Both the position numbers and the translations under genes were made by a program. From the NCBI GenBank assembly GCA_050115495.1, contig JASFQK010000018.1, positions 66,429 through 130,428 on the forward strand: a stretch of 64,000 bases of DNA, in the 5' to 3' direction. This stretch comes from Phycisphaerae bacterium (GTDB lineage: Bacteria > Planctomycetota > Phycisphaerae > UBA1845 > Fen-1342). Below, in pieces: positions 48,797-58,200 of the stretch. The notes beneath the pieces were generated by a model. That model saw only the letters and a list, made by a program, of their open reading frames with translations. It ran no database searches and had not been told where the DNA came from. The first letter of the stretch is position 1. Each line of letters opens with the position of its first letter.

Positions 48797-48812
48797 TGGT
48801 ACTCGGCTTGCT
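48797..48812 (+). promoter_or_regulatory. Putative sigma-54 (-24/-12) promoter of dnaK
   Basis: TGGTACTCGGCTTGCT: GG-N10-GC, close to consensus TGGCAC-N5-TTGC(A/T), about 70 bp before the ATG. Confidence 0.55.
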
Positions 48813-48882
48813 TTTCGAACTCTCGTCGCCTGTCTGCGCGCAGTTTGCCGGCGCAGCCCGAGTAGGCGGCAGGAGAATGAGA

Positions 48883-50802
48883 ATGTCCAAAATCATTGGT
48901 ATCGATTTGGGTACGACGAATTCGGTGGTGGCCGTGATGGAAGGCGGCCAGCCCAAGGTGCTGGTCAACGACTCTGGAGCCCGGCTGACGCCGTCCGTGG
49001 TGGCGTTTACCGACAAGGGCGAGCGTCTGGTCGGCCAGCGGGCCCGCAACCAGCAGGTGACCAACCCGCTGCGGACCGTTTTCTCGATCAAGCGCTTCAT
49101 GGGTCGCCGGCACAGCGAGGTCTCCAACGAAGAGAAAATGGTGCCGTACGACATCGTCGGCGACGCAGGCGAGCTCGTCCGCGTCCAGGTCGACGGCAAG
49201 GCCTACGCTCCGCCCGAGATCTCGGCCATGATCCTCCGCGATCTGAAGGCCACCGCCGAGCGTTATCTCGGCGAGTCGGTCGAGCGGGCGGTCATCACCG
49301 TGCCGGCGTACTTCAACGACTCGCAGCGCCAGGCCACCAAGGAAGCCGGGCAGATCGCCGGCCTGAAGGTCGAGCGCATCATCAACGAGCCCACCGCCGC
49401 GGCCCTGGCCTACGGCATGGAGCGCAAGGGCAACGAGAAGATCGCCGTCTTCGACCTTGGTGGTGGTACGTACGACATTTCGATCCTCGACGTCGGCGAC
49501 AACGTCTTCGAGGTGCTCAGCACCAACGGTGATACGCACCTCGGTGGCGACGACTTCGACGAAGTGCTGATCCACTACCTGGCCGAGGAGTTCCGCAAGC
49601 AGAACGGCATTGACCTGCGGAAGGACCCGATGGCCCTCCAGCGCCTGAAGGAAGCCGCCGAGCGGGCCAAGTGCGAGTTGTCGTCCAGCATGGAGACGAC
49701 GATCAACCTGCCGTACATCACGGCCGACGCCAGCGGTCCGAAGCACTTGCAGATGACGATCACGCGGGCGAAGTTCGAGCAGTTGGTTACGCCGCTGGTC
49801 GAGCGCTGCCGCGGGCCGGTCATGCGGGCCCTCGAAGACGCCAAGCTCGCCCCGAGCGAGATCAACGAGGTCGTCCTCGTCGGCGGCTCGACGCGCATCC
49901 CGCTCGTCCAGAAGCTCGCCCAGGACATCTTCGGCAAGGAGCCCAACCGCAGCATCAACCCCGACGAGGTCGTCGCCGTCGGCGCCGCGATTCAGGGTGC
50001 CGTCCTCTCCGGCGACAAGTCGGACATCGTGCTGCTCGACGTGACGCCGCTGTCGCTGGGCGTGGAGACGCTTGGCGGCGTGATGACCGTGCTGATCCCG
50101 CGGAACACGACCATCCCGACGAGCAAGAAGCAGACGTTCAGCACGGCGGCCGACAATCAGTCCACGGTGGACATCCACGTTCGCCAGGGCGAGCGCAAGA
50201 TGGCCGGCGACAACCGCCTGCTGGGGCAGTTCCAGCTCAGCGGCATCGCTCCCGCTCCGCGCGGCATGCCACAGATCGACGTCACCTTCGACATCGACGC
50301 GAACGGCATTCTGAACGTGTCGGCGAAAGACTGCGGCACCGGCAAGGAGCAGAAGATCGAGATCAAGGCTTCGTCGGGCCTGTCGGACGACGAGGTCCAG
50401 CGCATGGTCACCGACGCCGAGAGCCACGCGTCGGAGGACGAGGCCAAGCAGAAGCTCGTCGAGCTGCGCAACCAGGCCGACCACGCCGCCTACACGACGG
50501 AGAAGAGCCTGGCCGAGCACGGCGACAAGGTGGACGCCTCGACCCGGGCCGACATCGAGCGGGCGATCAACCAGCTCAAGGACGCCGCCAAGAACGACGA
50601 CGCCGCGGCGATCCAGACGGCGATCGACCACCTCCAGAAGACGTCCTTCAAGCTGGGCGAAGCGGTGTACAAGAGCACCGGCGCTCAGCCGGGCGCCCAG
50701 CCCGGTGCCGAGCCAACCGGCGAAGCTCCGTCCGGCGACCAGCCTTCGGGCAAGGACGACGACGTGATCGACGCCGAGTACGAGGTCAAAGACAGCAAGT
50801 AA
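48883..50802 (+). CDS. dnaK: Chaperone DnaK (Hsp70)
   Basis: [43 protein letters not shown]. Confidence 0.98.
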   Translation: MSKIIGIDLGTTNSVVAVMEGGQPKVLVNDSGARLTPSVVAFTDKGERLVGQRARNQQVTNPLRTVFSIKRFMGRRHSEVSNEEKMVPYDIVGDAGELVRVQVDGKAYAPPEISAMILRDLKATAERYLGESVERAVITVPAYFNDSQRQATKEAGQIAGLKVERIINEPTAAALAYGMERKGNEKIAVFDLGGGTYDISILDVGDNVFEVLSTNGDTHLGGDDFDEVLIHYLAEEFRKQNGIDLRKDPMALQRLKEAAERAKCELSSSMETTINLPYITADASGPKHLQMTITRAKFEQLVTPLVERCRGPVMRALEDAKLAPSEINEVVLVGGSTRIPLVQKLAQDIFGKEPNRSINPDEVVAVGAAIQGAVLSGDKSDIVLLDVTPLSLGVETLGGVMTVLIPRNTTIPTSKKQTFSTAADNQSTVDIHVRQGERKMAGDNRLLGQFQLSGIAPAPRGMPQIDVTFDIDANGILNVSAKDCGTGKEQKIEIKASSGLSDDEVQRMVTDAESHASEDEAKQKLVELRNQADHAAYTTEKSLAEHGDKVDASTRADIERAINQLKDAAKNDDAAAIQTAIDHLQKTSFKLGEAVYKSTGAQPGAQPGAEPTGEAPSGDQPSGKDDDVIDAEYEVKDSK

Positions 50803-50832
50803 CCCCCGAGCGAGCGAGGCTCAGGCCCCCGA

Positions 50833-50871
50833 GCCGCCGCCGGCCCCTCGCCGCGGCGGTTCTTGTTTTTG
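50833..50871 (+). terminator. Intrinsic terminator of dnaK
   Basis: GCCGCCGC...GCGGCGGT hairpin followed by TCTTGTTTTT. Confidence 0.6.
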
Positions 50872-50894
50872 TGCGACGGGTGTGCCCGTTATGG

Positions 50895-51797
50895 CTACCC
50901 GCCGGTGAGGAGGGTGATGAAGGGGGCGATGTCGAAGTTGTTGACCTGGCCGTCGCCGGTGAGGTCGGCGACGCAGAGGAGGAGGCAATCGGGGTATTGC
51001 GTGGCGTAGTCGGTCGGGTTGAGCAGCCCGAGCAGGAACGGCTGGATGTCGAAGTTGCTGACCAAGCCGTCGCAGTTCGTGTCGCCGGGCGTGAACTCGG
51101 TGCAGGCGTTGGTCACGGTCGCGTCGGCGAGCGTGCTGAACTGGCCGTAGCTGTTGCCCGCCAGATCGTCGTCCTCATCGCCAAAACCGAGGTAGATCGG
51201 CTGCGGCTCACTCGTGCCGCTGCGTGTGATGCCCAGTTCGCCCGCCGCGAGGAACACCTCGAGCTGCTCCGCCTCCAGGTCAACGAAGGCCACCTCGACG
51301 TACCCGAGCAGCGTCACGTTCGGCTCACGCAGGAAGTGCAGGTCCAGCGCGTCCCATTGCGGGTCGTTCTGCACGCCGGCGCCGAGCCAGAAGCTGACGC
51401 CGCACGCGTTGCTGAGCAGCGTCTCCGCTTCGTCGACGGTCCCGTCGTCGGCGTAATCCCAGCGGACGAACTCGCCGTTCGTGTAGTTGTAGAAGCCGTG
51501 GCCGGCGATCCGCCCGCCGCCGCGGACCTCCACGTTCACGCTCACGCCGTTCCAGCTCTCCGGCCCGTCGAATATCTGGGCGTAGAGATAGAGCGTGGCG
51601 GGGCCGCCGGCGTAGGCGGAGACCGTGGGATTGTCGAGAACGGGTGTTTCCGTGAGCGGTGCCGACCCGTCGGCCCCGACCTCGGCGAAGAACAGCCGGA
51701 GCTGTGCGGCCGCCGGCGTGGCGAACATGGCCAGGACCACGGCGACGAGGGCGACTCGTCCCGCCGGCGACGAAAGACCGCGGCCGATTGCGTTCAT
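50895..51797 (-). CDS. Secreted protein with beta-rich N-domain and C-terminal dockerin-like domain
   Basis: Signal peptide (PAAA/Q); [17 protein letters not shown]...[17 protein letters not shown]. Confidence 0.8.
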   Translation of the reverse strand: MNAIGRGLSSPAGRVALVAVVLAMFATPAAAQLRLFFAEVGADGSAPLTETPVLDNPTVSAYAGGPATLYLYAQIFDGPESWNGVSVNVEVRGGGRIAGHGFYNYTNGEFVRWDYADDGTVDEAETLLSNACGVSFWLGAGVQNDPQWDALDLHFLREPNVTLLGYVEVAFVDLEAEQLEVFLAAGELGITRSGTSEPQPIYLGFGDEDDDLAGNSYGQFSTLADATVTNACTEFTPGDTNCDGLVSNFDIQPFLLGLLNPTDYATQYPDCLLLCVADLTGDGQVNNFDIAPFITLLTGG

Positions 51798-52026
51798 GGG
51801 GCGTAACCTGCCTGCGAAAAAGGCCTTATGCCGAGCCGGCCGGCGGCGGGCCCCGTTGCCCGACCGCGCATGCCAACCAGATTATCGGCAGTCTGCCCGC
51901 CGTCGGCGGAGCGCGGCCCCGCAGCTCTTGCGCCTCCCACCGATCGCCGAGATTGATGCGAAATCGCTCTAGCCTTGGTCCCGTATAATAGGGCGGGTCG
52001 TGGCTGGGACGGCCCAGAGGTGCGTT

Positions 52027-53283
52027 ATGGGCCTGCGACGAAGACAGGCGAGTGCCCGGCAGGCGACCAGCCTGACATTGGCGACTGCACTGGTCGTCTT
52101 TGCCGCCGTTGCCGGTCTGTCGCCGGCAGCGGTGGGGGACATCTTCCACCTCACGTCGGGCGGACGCGTCGAAGGGGAGCTGATCGAACAGACCGTCACG
52201 CACTACCGCATTCGCACCGTGCTCGGCACGGTTACGCTCACCGCCGACGCTGTCGAGCGCGTCGAGCCGGCCCCGTCCCCGTTCCAGGAATACGAGCAAC
52301 GCCGATCGCAGGCCGGCGACACCGTCGCGGAGCAGACGGCCCTGGCCCGCTGGTGCGGCGAGCAGGGTCTGGCCACGCTCGAACGGCACCATTGGCGACG
52401 CGTGCTCGAGCTCGACCCGCAGAACGACGACGCCCGCCGCGCACTCGGCTACGTGCGCGTCGGCCAGCTCTGGATCGACGGTCGCACGCGCGTCCAGGAA
52501 GCCCAACGTCCGGCACCGGAGACCGCAGAGGCCACGGAGACCGAGGAAGACCCGGAGAAACTGGCGGCGGCGATCGAGGGCAACTGGCGCCGGCGGATCA
52601 GCGCGATCCGCTCCTCGATGCTCGAAAGCAGCCTCGACCGCCAGGTCGAGAAGGGTCGGGCCATGATCGCCGAGATCAGCGATCCGCTGGCGATTGTGCC
52701 GCTGGTGGAAGAGCTGGCGGGTGGGAGCGTCGTGTGCCGGCAGGTGCTGGTCCAGGCGCTGTCGCGTTTCGCGGAAGACGCTGCCACCGTCAACCTGGTG
52801 GCGATGGCCCTGGCCGATCCGGACGCCGACATTCGGCGAGAGGTCATCAGCGAGCTGAAGCGGCGCGCGGATTCCCGCGTGACCGGTCAGTTCCGCAAAG
52901 CCCTGGAGAGCGGCGACGAGGTGCTCATCCGCCGGTCCGCCGAGGCTCTGGGAGACTTGCGGGCGGCAGAGGCGATACCGGAGCTGATCAGCGTCCTGAA
53001 GTCGCGGCGGGAGAAGATCGTCGAGGTGCCCGTCCGGCGTTTCTTCGGTGGACTGGTCGATCCGTTCGCGCCGACGTACATGCGGATTGGCTCGTCGCGT
53101 GTGCCCGTGGCGCCGGTCGTGGGCATCTCCAATCCGGCGTCGCTGATCGACATGCAGCGCCGGCGAATGAATGTGACGGTGTTTCGCACCGAGGTGCGGA
53201 CCGCCTTGCGGCAGATCACTGGTAAGGATTTCGGGTTCGAAGCGGAAGACTGGGCCCGCTGGTACCAGGAGAACAGGTCATGA
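52027..53283 (+). CDS. Exported HEAT/TPR-repeat protein
   Basis: Signal-like region; LELDPQNDDARRALGY; HEAT-like AEALGDLRAAEAIPELI; ALRQITGKDFG...W..W. TATAAT upstream; start uncertain. Confidence 0.75.
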   Translation: MGLRRRQASARQATSLTLATALVVFAAVAGLSPAAVGDIFHLTSGGRVEGELIEQTVTHYRIRTVLGTVTLTADAVERVEPAPSPFQEYEQRRSQAGDTVAEQTALARWCGEQGLATLERHHWRRVLELDPQNDDARRALGYVRVGQLWIDGRTRVQEAQRPAPETAEATETEEDPEKLAAAIEGNWRRRISAIRSSMLESSLDRQVEKGRAMIAEISDPLAIVPLVEELAGGSVVCRQVLVQALSRFAEDAATVNLVAMALADPDADIRREVISELKRRADSRVTGQFRKALESGDEVLIRRSAEALGDLRAAEAIPELISVLKSRREKIVEVPVRRFFGGLVDPFAPTYMRIGSSRVPVAPVVGISNPASLIDMQRRRMNVTVFRTEVRTALRQITGKDFGFEAEDWARWYQENRS

Positions 53284-54458
53284 TGAGATGCGCGCTGATC
53301 TTCTTTGCGGCACTCGCGATGGCGGGAGCGCTGGCCACGGATCCGAGCGAAGATCAACAGATGCTGGACCGAGCGGCCGCGTCACGCCCGCAGAGCCTGC
53401 CGGCCGCACCCGCGCCGCCGGTCGAGCCGACATCGGACGATGAGCTTGCCCAGCTCGAACAGGAAGCGCGGGTCGACGCCACCATCGCCGTGATGCGCCT
53501 CGAGCTGGTCAAGTCCCGCCGAGCGCTGCGTGACGGGCAGTACGAGGACGCGGCCCGACGAGCGAACCGTGTGCTCTCGCTGATCGCCCAGTTGCCGACG
53601 GACGTCGACGCCAGTGTGCAGGAGCTCCAGGCCGAGGGCATTCTCGCCAAGGCGGCCCGAGCGGGCGTCGACGTGGCGGCTCTCCGGCGTGAAGTGGCGG
53701 AAGAGCAGCCGGCCGTCGAGTTGCCCGCGGATGACGATCCGGCCCTGCCGGCCAAGACGCGAGCGGCGGCGCGGCTGGCCCGCAGCTACGACGGACCGGA
53801 CACGCCCGATGTAGACACGAGCGGCAACGAGCGGCTGCTGCGCGAGCGAGCTTTGCGACGCGGCGCTGCGGATCACTATGGGTATCGACCGGTCCGGGAG
53901 ATTGTCGATACGGACGCGCTCGACGTACGCGACGCCGAGCGCGTCTACTATCAAGCCGCGCTCGAAGGCGCCTACAAGGACTCCGAGACACAGGCCTTGA
54001 TCGAGGCGCAGGAAGCGCGGGTCATCCCCGGCGACATCGTCACCTATCCTCAGGACTGGCCCGAGCGCATGAAGAAGCGCGAGCAGTACGCCGGCGGCAT
54101 GATCGCCCGCTCGCCGAGCTGGCGGGACAAGGACGGCCGTGAGTGGTACGTCGCGATCTACGACATCCACGATTTGATCTACGTGCCGCCCGATTTCGAC
54201 GGCGAGACGTTCAACCCGCTGGCGCGGACGCGCGAGACGCTGGATCGCGAGGCGCTCCGCCAGCATAACTGGATCTTCCGCGGCACGCCCGAGGACCTGG
54301 CGGCGGGCATCCCGCTGCTGCGCTACTTCGGCGGCGTGAACGCCTGGGCTTTGCGCGGGCCGAAGTACAGCCTCGCCCGCCAGCAGCAGGTCGTGGACAT
54401 GATCCAGGCCTTCGCCGGCAGCGAAGAGGGGGCGAAGATCATCCCGCTCGCACCGTAA
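53280..54458 (+). CDS. Secreted hypothetical protein coupled to the HEAT-repeat gene
   Basis: ATGA overlap, signal peptide, motifs VTYPQDW and YDIHDLIYVPPDF. Confidence 0.7.
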   Translation: MMRCALIFFAALAMAGALATDPSEDQQMLDRAAASRPQSLPAAPAPPVEPTSDDELAQLEQEARVDATIAVMRLELVKSRRALRDGQYEDAARRANRVLSLIAQLPTDVDASVQELQAEGILAKAARAGVDVAALRREVAEEQPAVELPADDDPALPAKTRAAARLARSYDGPDTPDVDTSGNERLLRERALRRGAADHYGYRPVREIVDTDALDVRDAERVYYQAALEGAYKDSETQALIEAQEARVIPGDIVTYPQDWPERMKKREQYAGGMIARSPSWRDKDGREWYVAIYDIHDLIYVPPDFDGETFNPLARTRETLDREALRQHNWIFRGTPEDLAAGIPLLRYFGGVNAWALRGPKYSLARQQQVVDMIQAFAGSEEGAKIIPLAP

Positions 54459-54542
54459 GCGGCGAAACGAACAATGAACGGATGGACCACGCGGGCCGGG
54501 CCTAACCGCTCGGCCCGTCGGTCATTTGGGGCGCCGGTGGTC

Positions 54543-54625
54543 CGTTGAGAGAGGGGACTGGCTCTGCGCCGAAGAGCCTGCACAAGTTCGGCAATCGCGT
54601 GACGGGCGGTGCCTGTCCCCTTTCA
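54543..54625. repeat. REP-like family C, copy 2
   Basis: GGGGACTGGCTC...GGTGCCTGTCCCC. Confidence 0.7.
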
Positions 54626-54637
54626 CTCCTCGGTAGT

Positions 54638-55006
54638 CAGGGACTGAGGTCCCCTGGTGTGATCGTGCGCCCTCCGGGCGAAGATGAGGTAGGGAGGGTG
54701 AGGCGCCTTGGCCCACCAGGGACTGAAGTCCCTGGCAACCAACGTGCGCCCTCTGGGCGAAGATGAGGGCATGCGATGCCGCTTCTTCCCGCGGGCGTGC
54801 TTCATCGCCCGGAGGGCGCGCGATCGTAGCCAGGGACTTCAGTTCCTGGTGATGGTGGTCGCTGAGCCCCCCAATCCCCCTCTTCGCCCGGAGGGCGCGC
54901 GATCGTAGCCAGGGACTTTAGTCCCTGGATGCGATGATCGCCGAGCCCCCCAATCCTCTCTTCGCCCGGAGGGCGCACGACGGTAACCAGGGACCTCAGT
55001 CCCTGG
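54638..55006. repeat. Array of five ~48-bp palindromic units (two reverse, three forward), period about 78-79 bp
   Basis: Unit TCTTCGCCCGGAGGGCGCRCGA..GTARCCAGGGACTTCAGTCCCTGG at about 54638, 54716 (reverse) and 54802, 54881, 54959 (forward). Confidence 0.85.
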
Positions 55007-55011
55007 TCGCT

Positions 55012-55821
55012 TCAACGGCCGTCGACGCCACCCAGCACATCGCGCATCGCATACAGCCCCGGCGGACGTCCGATCAGCCACCGCGCCGCGAAGAGGGCTC
55101 CGGCGGCGAATGTGTCCCGCGAGTGGGCGCGATGTTCGAGGATGAGCGACTCGGCCGCCGACGCGAAGCGCACGACGTGCTCGCCGACGATCTCGCCGGC
55201 GCGGAGGGCGTGTACGCCGATCTCGCCCGAACGGCGCGGGCCGCACTGACCCGAACGCCCGGACACGGTCGCTTCAGCCGGCGTCGTGCCGCGAGCCTGA
55301 CACACCGCGTCGAGCAGCGCCTTGGCTGTACCGCTCGGGGCATCGACCTTGTGGCGATGATGCAGCTCGGTGATCTCGACGTCCCAGTTTTCGTCCAGCC
55401 GCGCGGCGCAGCGGGCGACCAACTCAAGCAGCAGGTTCACGCCGAGGCTCATGTTCGGCGCCCACAGCACGGGCACGCGCTTCGCCGCCGACTCGAGAGC
55501 ACTGCGGTGGGGGGGCTCGAGCCCGGTCGTGCCACTGACCAGGGCGACGCCCTTCGCACCGCACCACGCGGCCCACTGCGCACAGGACGCCGGCGTCGTG
55601 AACTCGATGAGCGCATCGCAGGGCACGTCGCACTGCGCCTGCACAACCCGGCCCATCGCCGCGCAGCCGGCAAGCTGCCCGAGATCTTCCCCAAGTCGCG
55701 GATCATCGGCGTGGGCCAGACCGGCAACAACGTCGAAAGCGGGATCAGCCGCGGCCAGACGCAGCACCGCCGACCCGGTACGGCCGGTGCAGCCGGCGAT
55801 GGCCAGACGCAATGGGTTCAT
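55012..55821 (-). CDS. dapB: 4-hydroxy-tetrahydrodipicolinate reductase
   Basis: AGCTGRTG, SGTTG, APNMSLGVN, ELHHRHKVDAPSGTA, RDTFAAGA. Confidence 0.95.
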   Translation of the reverse strand: MNPLRLAIAGCTGRTGSAVLRLAAADPAFDVVAGLAHADDPRLGEDLGQLAGCAAMGRVVQAQCDVPCDALIEFTTPASCAQWAAWCGAKGVALVSGTTGLEPPHRSALESAAKRVPVLWAPNMSLGVNLLLELVARCAARLDENWDVEITELHHRHKVDAPSGTAKALLDAVCQARGTTPAEATVSGRSGQCGPRRSGEIGVHALRAGEIVGEHVVRFASAAESLILEHRAHSRDTFAAGALFAARWLIGRPPGLYAMRDVLGGVDGR

Positions 55822-56126
55822 GCGATGGTGTCCAGCAAATCCTGCATTTCGCGGGCGGTCTTCATGTCGCCGGCGGAACGAGCCACTTCGAGGCCGGCGG
55901 TCAGTGTCTGCCGGGCGTCGTCGCGGCGACCCGCCTTGATCTCCGCCTTCGCCTTGTGGTAGTACGCCGCCGAGTAGCGGGCGTCAACCGCGAGCGCCCC
56001 GGCGAACGCGGCGATCGCCTCGTCGTATTGGGCGAGGTTGGCGTGCTCCAGCCCCAGCACGTAATGGGCGAGCGGGTCGTCGGGGGCGGCCTCGAGGAGT
56101 TTCCTGAGCTGCTCCAGGCGGGACAT
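55818..56126 (-). CDS. Small TPR protein
   Basis: RLEQL..PDDPLAHYVLGLE, YSAAYY; GGAG RBS; overlaps the dapB start. Confidence 0.8.
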   Translation of the reverse strand: MSRLEQLRKLLEAAPDDPLAHYVLGLEHANLAQYDEAIAAFAGALAVDARYSAAYYHKAKAEIKAGRRDDARQTLTAGLEVARSAGDMKTAREMQDLLDTIA

Positions 56127-56168
56127 GCGTTACCTCTCCGGCGAAGGTCAGCGCCGCACGCGGGACAG

Positions 56169-56978
56169 CTACCTCACGACGACACGTGCATAGCACTGCT
56201 CGAAGGCGTAGCCGTGCTCGCGGGCGTACTCCTTGCCGAGCGTGCGGATGCGCTGCTTCAGTTCCTCGCAGCGCTGCGTTTCCGTCGCCTTCGCCGCGCT
56301 GTCGGACTGGTTGATCAGGAAGGGCGTGGTGGCGATCAACTGAATGTCCCTGTCATCCAGAATGACGCAGTCGACGCCGTTGGTCTTCAGGTAACGCCAG
56401 GCGAGATTCGCTGCCGCCCCCTGCTTTTTCGGGAAGTGTTGCACGATCACGTAATCGTAGCCCTTGCGGAATGCGAACTCGCGCTGCACGGCGGCCGGCG
56501 CGGCTTCCGGCGGCGGCTCGTCCCCGGCGCCGGTGGACAGTGGTGGGGTCGGTGGCGTGCGACTGGTGTCGCGGTCCAGCAGCGGCGGGCCGGCGGCAAC
56601 GTTGGGCGATTCGCCGGTTTCATCGGCGGGTGCTTGCCCATCGCCCGCGGACTCAATGGGCGTGGTGGGGCTCGCCTGACGCGAGCGCTCGTAGCTGGCG
56701 CCCGCCTGAAAGACAGCCCACAACAGGGATGCCGCCACGATCAGGGCCACGGCCATGCCGGGCCACCCCAGATCGAGTTGCAGGCGGCGGCGGGCGAAGC
56801 GCACGCTGCGTTGGCGGTAGTCGCGCGGCGGGCTCATGGGCGCCGTCGTGCTCGGTGTTTCCGTCTGAGACGTACTGCTGGCAGGCGGAGCTTGCCACAA
56901 GCCGCGCGGCGTCTCGCGCTTGCGGCGACTGTGCCCCACGACTTCGTATAGGACAGGACGATTCTTGCGGCTGGTCAC
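56169..56978 (-). CDS. Hypothetical single-pass membrane protein with Pro-rich linker (possible SPOR-like C-domain)
   Basis: GGAGG RBS, one TM, Pro/Thr-rich linker, YVIVQHF. Confidence 0.6.
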   Translation of the reverse strand: MTSRKNRPVLYEVVGHSRRKRETPRGLWQAPPASSTSQTETPSTTAPMSPPRDYRQRSVRFARRRLQLDLGWPGMAVALIVAASLLWAVFQAGASYERSRQASPTTPIESAGDGQAPADETGESPNVAAGPPLLDRDTSRTPPTPPLSTGAGDEPPPEAAPAAVQREFAFRKGYDYVIVQHFPKKQGAAANLAWRYLKTNGVDCVILDDRDIQLIATTPFLINQSDSAAKATETQRCEELKQRIRTLGKEYAREHGYAFEQCYARVVVR

Positions 56979-57218
56979 GCCGGTCCTCCTTGCTCAGCGG
57001 TCCGCGTTCCAGCGGGCAGCACGCGACTTCCAACCGCGATTGTAGGTTACTGGGCGCTGCGCTCAACTGCCTGCAACTTCTGACGAGTGGTTTTCCCGGT
57101 TCCGGCGGCCCGGGCTGGCCCGCCCCCGCAGTCAGCGCAGGAGGGCGGGCAGCGACCGCGTCTCGTTCGGCCGCTGCCCGTTGCAGTGACTGCTCCCCCG
57201 CTCAAACGCGTCTCGTCG

Positions 57219-57878
57219 TCAGCGGCGGTAGGAGAACCGCACGCTGCCGCGCCGGCCGTGATCGCCGCGGTAGTGGACGTTCACGCCGACGCCGCGGTGG
57301 TGCCGCAGGGCTGGGCGGTACCCGTGGTACGTCGGCGGCCGCACGTATACGCGCGGCGCTGAGCGATGGACGGTCACGCGGTGGCTGGTGTGACGCCGGT
57401 GGCTGGTGTAATGGCGGTGGGTGCTGTAATGCCGGGGGCCACCGTAATAGCCCGCGCTCACGTGCACCGTCCTTGGCCGGTAGTCGCGGTACACCACCCG
57501 CGGTCGCGTGTAGACCCGGACCGGCGTGTAGCTGTTGTAGTACACGGTGCGGGTCGGGGCGTACGTCGGGTAATAGACGGGCGCCACCGGCTCGACCGGC
57601 GCGCAGGCGACGTAGCCGTCGTACGGGTCGTACGGATCGTCGTACACCACCGGGTCGCACCAGGCGTCCGAGGACGCGTAGGCGACGCTCACCGAGCGAT
57701 AGCGTGGCATTGGCGGGTAGTAGACGCGGTGTGCCGGCTGGTAGACGGTCCGGTAACGTGGCCCGGAGTGGTAGCTGAACCGCACGCCCCAGTCGCCGGC
57801 GGCGGCGGGGGCCGCGGCTGAGGCCAGCAGAGCCATCGTTGCCAGACTTCCGAGAGTGATTCTCGCGGTCATGATCAT
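57219..57878 (-). CDS. Secreted Tyr/Arg/His/Pro-rich low-complexity protein
   Basis: Signal peptide (APAAA/GD), strongly biased composition, GGAG upstream. Confidence 0.7.
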   Translation of the reverse strand: MIMTARITLGSLATMALLASAAAPAAAGDWGVRFSYHSGPRYRTVYQPAHRVYYPPMPRYRSVSVAYASSDAWCDPVVYDDPYDPYDGYVACAPVEPVAPVYYPTYAPTRTVYYNSYTPVRVYTRPRVVYRDYRPRTVHVSAGYYGGPRHYSTHRHYTSHRRHTSHRVTVHRSAPRVYVRPPTYHGYRPALRHHRGVGVNVHYRGDHGRRGSVRFSYRR

Positions 57879-58200
57879 GCTCCGTGCGCGGGACGGTGGG
57901 CAAGCGCGTACGTAGCTCGCCCGGGTCTGCCATGGTGGCAGACACCCGGGGCGAGCTTAGGTTGGGGGTGTGCGGCATTGCAGTGTGCCGTGCGCGGTTT
58001 CGGCGCCGGCACCTATGGACTGCTCTTTCACTGTACTGCCTGGGCGGTATCAACGCAAGTCTTTAATACTGCGGAGGTTATCGCCACGTCCGCCTCCCGT
58101 CGCGGCGGCCGGGCATCCGGCGGCGGCCGGCGGTATCATCTCCTCCCGGCGACCAACCACTCAACCGGCTCGCGAACGCGGCCAAACGGACCTGACTCGA

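Noticed and set aside
54638..55006. Possible CRISPR array (regularly spaced palindromic repeats)
   Set aside because: Inter-unit sequences resemble each other (GAGCCCCCCAATCC), orientation flips mid-array, and no cas genes are present.
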